Of a stretch of DNA of 42,131 bases, positions 36,649 to 42,131 are shown in pieces (position 1 is the stretch's first letter; every line of letters begins with the position of its first letter). The DNA is taken from positions 1-42,131 of the IMG/VR virus record IMGVR_UViG_3300005805_009402. The stretch is one strand, 5' to 3'. This DNA is from a virus (Duplodnaviria; Caudoviricetes). Under the pieces are notes generated by a model that was not told the origin of the DNA, did not search any database, and worked only from the letters and a program-made list of their open reading frames with translations. Position numbers and translations under genes: made by a program.

Positions 36649-38256
36649 TTAATTTGCTTCTGACGTTAAGTTATCTATATCATTTTCAACAAAATTAGGC
36701 ATTGACATGCCTTCTTCATCTTCTTCTGCAGAGAAGCCCAATCTACTTCTCTGTCTCTTTTTTGGTTTAGAATTTGGATCTTTAGTTATTGCATCCTTGT
36801 TTTCCATTATCTCATTTTTCTTTTTAGAGTCAACAACATTCATTTTTTGTCTATATGACTCATCACTTATTTCATAAACATCTAATGTTCCAAGATCATA
36901 ATTAAAACCTATTTTAAACGCAGTCCTACTTTTGCCATTTCTGTGTTTGATAATAAAGACTCGGCCGACCTCAGCATCTTTTTCAGAAACTTGTTGATTT
37001 ATGCTCCAAAAACAATCAAGTGGTTTATATTGATCAAAGCTAGTTCCAATATTACTTTCATCTATATACTGCGATGCATCTAGTTTAGCAGCACTCTGAT
37101 TAGGTTGAACACAGGTAATAGTGCAGTGATTTTGCTCTATTCCAAAAGCTCTTAAATCCCTTAATATTCTATATGCACTTTCATACTTTTGGACATTAGG
37201 ATCATCTTTCATTTCTCCTACATAATCTACAATTAAAAGATCTGGCTTGAATCCTCTCATTACCATTTGACTATAATATGCTCTAATTCCATTTACGTCC
37301 ATTGTCCCGCCTGGAAATTGTTTTATAATAAATAAATTTGGATCTAATTTATCTTTTTTGAATTCTTGAACATCTTCTATAATTTGTTTTTTAGAACTCA
37401 TTAAATCATTTATATCTTTTTGGAAATATTGACTGGTAAATCTTTGGGCTATACCTAACTCGTCCATTTCCATTGTTATGTACAAGACTTTCTTGCCTAA
37501 TTTTACATTCTCTACGGCAGTTTTACACATAACCAAGCTTTTGCCGCTGCCAGGAAGGCCTATCCAGGCTCCTATGTTACCTCTAAACAAACCACCTCCT
37601 GTTAAGCTTGTATCTATAGATGGAAACCCGCTAGTGAATATTTCTTTTGATTCTATGTTTCTTTGCATCCTTTCAAACATTTCTTCAATATTTTCAAAAT
37701 ATTCTAAGCCAGATTCATAATTTTTGTCTATTGTCATCGTCTGTCGAATCTGTTCGTATATGTAGCTCCAAGTTTTATCGCTCTCGGGCTCTCTTTGCAT
37801 TCTTTCTAGACATTTATGAAAAGTTATTTTTAAACTTTGAACTTTAGCAAAATAAGTAATCTTATCGGTTAATACCTGGCGGGATTCAATTCCAGGAACC
37901 ATAAAATCAACAATATTTTCATATTCTGAGTCATAATATAATATTATTTCTGGTTTTTTGCCTTTTAATCTATCTTTTATTTCTTGTTTTATTATCCAGC
38001 TGGCTGGTAGATCATTATACTTATCGAAATACTCAAACAATATTCTACAAATTAAAACATGTGTTTCTTTAGAGAAATATTCTGGCTTTATTTTGTCTAG
38101 GCTTTGTATTAAAAAAAATTTATCAGTTAATAACAATCCTAACATCATTGATTGAAAGTTTTCATCCCAACCAAATTTGTTAGAACTTATGTCCTCAGAA
38201 GATTTTAATTCTTCTAATCTTGCCTTTTCTTCTTCCGTGAGATTTACTTCTTGCAT
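36649..38256 (-). CDS. dnaB: Replicative helicase DnaB/gp41-like
   Basis: TSGF..ID...GG, GLPGSGKS, YITMEM, IVDY, Q.N and K.R.G motifs. Confidence 0.93.
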   Translation of the reverse strand: MQEVNLTEEEKARLEELKSSEDISSNKFGWDENFQSMMLGLLLTDKFFLIQSLDKIKPEYFSKETHVLICRILFEYFDKYNDLPASWIIKQEIKDRLKGKKPEIILYYDSEYENIVDFMVPGIESRQVLTDKITYFAKVQSLKITFHKCLERMQREPESDKTWSYIYEQIRQTMTIDKNYESGLEYFENIEEMFERMQRNIESKEIFTSGFPSIDTSLTGGGLFRGNIGAWIGLPGSGKSLVMCKTAVENVKLGKKVLYITMEMDELGIAQRFTSQYFQKDINDLMSSKKQIIEDVQEFKKDKLDPNLFIIKQFPGGTMDVNGIRAYYSQMVMRGFKPDLLIVDYVGEMKDDPNVQKYESAYRILRDLRAFGIEQNHCTITCVQPNQSAAKLDASQYIDESNIGTSFDQYKPLDCFWSINQQVSEKDAEVGRVFIIKHRNGKSRTAFKIGFNYDLGTLDVYEISDESYRQKMNVVDSKKKNEIMENKDAITKDPNSKPKKRQRSRLGFSAEEDEEGMSMPNFVENDIDNLTSEAN

Positions 38257-38264
38257 AATTTTTT

Positions 38265-38822
38265 CTAATTTGAACCCAAGTAATCATACTCGCTTAAACT
38301 ACAAAGTCCAGTTCTAATGTTTTTTTCTTTTGTAATTTTTTTCCCAATTAATTTTTGTCCATTCCAAAGTATAGCTTTGCAATAAGTAATAAATTTTTTG
38401 TCCATTTTTAAAAATTTTGATCTATTTGGCTTTTTTTCTTCTGCGACGAACTTATCAATTAAATTTTCTAATAATGTTTCTTGATATTCGCCAAATTTTT
38501 GATGGCTTGCACCGTGTCTTGTTCTGTTTTTCCAAAGATATTTTAAATAATTTAAGAAACTTTTAAAGCTTTCATCTTTTATATAAAGATCTAGCAAAGA
38601 AAAACAATTTTCTATATAAACCTGTCTTTTGTAGTAACTTCCAGCTCTAATTATGCTTAATTGTAATTCTTGATTTATATCTTCAATATCATCTGTTGTA
38701 TTGTTTTTAGAATTTTTCTTTTTTAATTGATGGGCGGCATAATAACATAATTTGCCAAATTTTTTTTGTAATTCTAAAAATTCACTATCTGTGATCGGAA
38801 AGCTATCGCATATTTTTTTCAT
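38265..38822 (-). CDS. Putative phage sigma factor (region 2 only, gp55-like)
   Basis: L....A..., DIEDINQEL.LSIIRA...Y and KFITYC..ILWN region-2-like motifs; no region 4. Confidence 0.55.
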   Translation of the reverse strand: MKKICDSFPITDSEFLELQKKFGKLCYYAAHQLKKKNSKNNTTDDIEDINQELQLSIIRAGSYYKRQVYIENCFSLLDLYIKDESFKSFLNYLKYLWKNRTRHGASHQKFGEYQETLLENLIDKFVAEEKKPNRSKFLKMDKKFITYCKAILWNGQKLIGKKITKEKNIRTGLCSLSEYDYLGSN

Positions 38823-38831
38823 TTTACCTCT

Positions 38832-40142
38832 TTAAAAATTAAAATCTTGCAAGTTGTTTAAGTTTCTTCCATATGAACAGCTTACATTTAAAACAAGATC
38901 TTTAAAATCATCGTTTTCTTCTAACATTATATTTTTAATCATTTTTATTTTAGAGTCAAGTTCTTTTTTATTTATGGTAAAAGCATATCCGTCATGTATA
39001 TAAAAATTTATGTTTTTACCTTCCAAAACATTGTATATATCAATTAATTTATCTAGACAAAAGATAGAACTTGTTGATTGAACAATAAAATTTATAGATT
39101 TATATTTTTGTTCTATTTTTCTTTTTTTCCCAAATTTATTTTTATAAAAGTTAAATTCATCTTTAGAATTTGAAAAATCTTCTAGCCATATAAAAGTTTT
39201 ACTAAAGACCTCTCTTATTCTTCTGCAAATTTCACTTACTACTTCTATTTTTAAATTACATTTTTGACTGATCAATTTTTCACTAGCTCCATATATGTAC
39301 GGTAAAAATATATTTTTTACTTTTTTTCTTTTATCTTTATCAAAATCTTGCTTATTTATAAGTTCTTTGTATAAACCTTCATAAAAATCATTGTAATTTT
39401 TAAGTATATTGTGCAGACTAGGATCCTTAGTCAGACTTTCTAAAATGCTAACCTCCATATTTTTATAATCAAAATATACAAAATAATCATCTTGATTTAA
39501 GGGTAGATAATTTTCTTTGTCTTCTTTTTTTAAATTCATAGGAAGAAAACAATTTTGCATACAGTTAAAAGTTGATAATCTAGAGTTTTCTTGAGCCTCT
39601 ATTTCATAATAAGATTTTAAAATTATCTTTTTGTTTATGTCTACAACGCCATGATTTTCTATCCCTGGAATAACTTTTGTAATCAATGGTAAATAAATTT
39701 TTTTATATATAGGCTTTATTTTATCCCAATTACCTTCTAAAAGCAGTTTAAAGCTCTTGTAAGCTTCATTAAAGCCACTAGGCATATTTTCTAGCTTTGA
39801 TCCCAAAATACCAGATATGATCTTTAAATCAAAAATATCGCTCTCTATTTCAATTTCCTTATTCGTTGAAGCCCTGAGTATGGAGCAGAAATTTTTGAAA
39901 TTATAACTAATTATTTTTATTTTATTTTTAAAAATAGACTCTTTCATTAAGCTGTATATTTGCTTAATATTATTTTTATCAATGTTTATGGAATATTCTT
40001 TTTTGGAATAACTAATTTTTAAATTAAATTTAAAATTTTTATTGGAGACATCCATAATCTCAGGGTCTGTGTGCAGGTACAACACCTTTTGTTCTACTGC
40101 ATTTACTAAGAATCCTGAAAATTCAATTAAATTTTGATTCAT
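38832..40142 (-). CDS. polA: Minimal family A DNA polymerase
   Basis: RLST, motif A DYKNME, motif B RKKVKNIFLPYIYG, NFIVQST and motif C IHDG. Confidence 0.85.
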   Translation of the reverse strand: MNQNLIEFSGFLVNAVEQKVLYLHTDPEIMDVSNKNFKFNLKISYSKKEYSINIDKNNIKQIYSLMKESIFKNKIKIISYNFKNFCSILRASTNKEIEIESDIFDLKIISGILGSKLENMPSGFNEAYKSFKLLLEGNWDKIKPIYKKIYLPLITKVIPGIENHGVVDINKKIILKSYYEIEAQENSRLSTFNCMQNCFLPMNLKKEDKENYLPLNQDDYFVYFDYKNMEVSILESLTKDPSLHNILKNYNDFYEGLYKELINKQDFDKDKRKKVKNIFLPYIYGASEKLISQKCNLKIEVVSEICRRIREVFSKTFIWLEDFSNSKDEFNFYKNKFGKKRKIEQKYKSINFIVQSTSSIFCLDKLIDIYNVLEGKNINFYIHDGYAFTINKKELDSKIKMIKNIMLEENDDFKDLVLNVSCSYGRNLNNLQDFNF

Positions 40143-40180
40143 TTTTTAATGATACCGGATAACTTTAAAAAATGCAAAAA

Positions 40181-41473
40181 CTAAGCTACGCAAAATTGAC
40201 TTTTTATATAACTATAAGCATTATTAAAAAATAAATTTTTATTTTCTTGGGTAATTAAACTTAATTTTGGCATTTTATGACAATATTCAAACAATATTTC
40301 TTTAATTTTTTTAGGAAAATACATTAATAAATCTTTATTTTTATTAAATAATAGCATATTTTCATTATTAACTAGTTGACTTGGTGGTTTAGTATCCACC
40401 AAGGATGATCCTTCTTCTCTTTTTACATTTTTAATGTACGTGTACAGTTTTTTACTTATTTCCCATTTACATGCTATTCCTTCTTCTTTATCTGTAGATA
40501 TTTGATATCTATTGTCTATCCAGTTTATCAACCCTTGTTTACTCAAAATATCTCTTATTCCTTTCCATCTATGATGGTTCCACCCTCTATCTATATCTTT
40601 ACATCTATACACCGCTTTCCATAATTTTTCTATCCTTTTAGTTGGCAATGTATTGTCTTTATTTTTATTTTCTTTTAAAAACTTTAAAAACATTAAAGAT
40701 ATTGCCATATCTTTAATTGTAATTGCAAATCTTCCTGTTTTAACTTTTTCTATGCCTAATAATTCTTTTGCAATTTCTTCATAGTCTTTTATTTTTTCTA
40801 ATTCTTCTTTATTTATATGTTTCTCGGATATACTTCCATTTTTTTTAATTTTAAAGTTATCTATATTAAATTTATTTTTTATGTCTTCTATTTTTATATT
40901 ATCTAATTCGAAAACACCATTTATATTTCTTGGTATTTTACCAAGCATTCCATATTTTATATTTTCTATTTTTTTATTTTTATATTCAACTTCAAATAAT
41001 GTTCCTTTTATTTCTACTAATTCTATGTCTGCGTTTATTTCTTTTGATTTATTTTGTAAAAAATTTTGGAAGTTTTTGAGTATTTTGTTAACTTCTTTTG
41101 CATTATAATTTTTTTTATTTAATATAAAGTAGCTATGTATCCCTTCTCCGCTTGTACTGGTTTCATAATATGTTTTGAAAATATTTTTATTTATATACTT
41201 TGCAAATTCAATAGCTCCTTTGCTTGACCCTTTTTTATTTTTTTTGTTCACATCTATATCAATCATTACTAAAGTTTCATTTTGTTTTTCGTTTCCGTAA
41301 TAATATAAGGTATCTTTGTTTTTTATGTGATTTATTATTAGTTTATTAGTGATTGGCTTTTTGAATCCATTTTTTAAAGAATTTTTGTTTGCACTGGGTC
41401 TGATTCCTTTTTTTGTCTTTATTCCATAAGTAATATTGCTAATTACTTGTTTTATTTTTTTAATTTCATTCAT
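40181..41473 (-). CDS. AEP-superfamily (primase/Rep-like) protein
   Basis: VMIDID (motif I) and STSGEGIHSYF (motif II); C-terminal wHTH-like segment. Confidence 0.6.
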   Translation of the reverse strand: MNEIKKIKQVISNITYGIKTKKGIRPSANKNSLKNGFKKPITNKLIINHIKNKDTLYYYGNEKQNETLVMIDIDVNKKNKKGSSKGAIEFAKYINKNIFKTYYETSTSGEGIHSYFILNKKNYNAKEVNKILKNFQNFLQNKSKEINADIELVEIKGTLFEVEYKNKKIENIKYGMLGKIPRNINGVFELDNIKIEDIKNKFNIDNFKIKKNGSISEKHINKEELEKIKDYEEIAKELLGIEKVKTGRFAITIKDMAISLMFLKFLKENKNKDNTLPTKRIEKLWKAVYRCKDIDRGWNHHRWKGIRDILSKQGLINWIDNRYQISTDKEEGIACKWEISKKLYTYIKNVKREEGSSLVDTKPPSQLVNNENMLLFNKNKDLLMYFPKKIKEILFEYCHKMPKLSLITQENKNLFFNNAYSYIKSQFCVA

Positions 41474-41615
41474 CTTCTTTTATTTTTTCTGCCAATCCAT
41501 AATTTTGTAATTCTACACAATCTTTACATCCTAGCAAATGGTTCCAGTCCCAGAAATTAGGATTTTTTTCATCATCGTCAAATTTTACTTTTATTATTAT
41601 TGTTTGTATTTTCAT
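41466..41615 (-). CDS. Small hypothetical protein (49 aa), not in the ORF track
   Basis: MKIQTIIIKVKFDDDEKNPNFWDWNHLLGCKDCVEL...; AAGGA RBS; overlaps the next start. Confidence 0.55.
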   Translation of the reverse strand: MKIQTIIIKVKFDDDEKNPNFWDWNHLLGCKDCVELQNYGLAEKIKEDE

Positions 41616-41642
41616 TTTTTATTCCTTATAATACATATTAGT

Positions 41643-42131
41643 ATGAATTTGCCAAATTCCATTGATCAAGATTCTGTTAAAAAATTTAATTTAGATTTTT
41701 TTAAAAACATAGAAAAAAAAGAAACTGATGTTTTCAACTATATTTCGCTAATTTGCTCAAAATATAACATAAAAGACGAACAAGAAATTAATGCATTAAC
41801 AATATATTATTTTTGGGATTTATATTTTAATAAATTTTTTCCCAATATTATTGATAAAAAAATCAGTAAAAAAACAGATCCCCGCAAGTCATCTGTTTTT
41901 AAATATTGTTATAAACTTCAAAAAGATTCTAAGGGTATTTTGGATAAAGATGATTATAAAGATTATGTTTATTGTCAACTAAAATTTCTTAAAATTTATA
42001 AAGATAAAAGTAACAACCCAGTATTAGTTTCTGCCAATATATTAAGCATTGATAAAGGATGGAAGAAGTGGAAATATTTTAAATATTTATTATCAAAAAA
42101 TAATCAAACAATTTCTAAGAAATCTAATTAT
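41643..42131 (+). CDS. Hypothetical protein, 3'-truncated
   Basis: ATG at 41643 (MNLPNSIDQD...DPRKSSVFKYCYKL...); frame is open to the window end. Confidence 0.7.
   Translation, partial: MNLPNSIDQDSVKKFNLDFFKNIEKKETDVFNYISLICSKYNIKDEQEINALTIYYFWDLYFNKFFPNIIDKKISKKTDPRKSSVFKYCYKLQKDSKGILDKDDYKDYVYCQLKFLKIYKDKSNNPVLVSANILSIDKGWKKWKYFKYLLSKNNQTISKKSNY

Overview
A 42-kb segment of a large, AT-rich, T4-like or jumbo-type dsDNA bacteriophage genome. It uses the standard genetic code, and no tRNA, CRISPR array, integrase or transposase is visible. The left end (1-4.3 kb) is a GC-richer fibre/adhesin module: a Cys-rich protein followed by an 1104-aa autotransporter-repeat/PA/LamG-like protein. The middle (4.3-31 kb) is a densely packed, strand-switching accessory region. 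It holds MgtC, two secreted trypsin-like proteases, an NDP-sugar epimerase, several glycosyltransferases, a DnaG-type primase, a Cas4-like nuclease, a UvrD helicase and a CCA-adding-enzyme homologue. The right arm (31-41.6 kb, minus strand) is a replication/recombination cluster: RecA/UvsX, gp32-like SSB, dCMP deaminase, HhH glycosylase, UvsY, DnaB/gp41, a region-2-only sigma-like protein, a minimal PolA and an AEP-fold protein. Five observations stand out. (1) An A9 run / A-AAA-AAC slippery site would fuse an acidic protein to the UvrD helicase. (2) A set of genes shares a TATATA upstream element and a T4 capsid-targeting-like N-terminus, suggesting head-packaged cargo. (3) The CCA-enzyme homologue has both catalytic Asp replaced by Asn. 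(4) A protein resembling plant-type peptide O-glycosyltransferases sits next to the epimerase. (5) Five sigma70-like promoters all have 16-bp spacers. All family calls come from motif recognition by eye; no database search was run.
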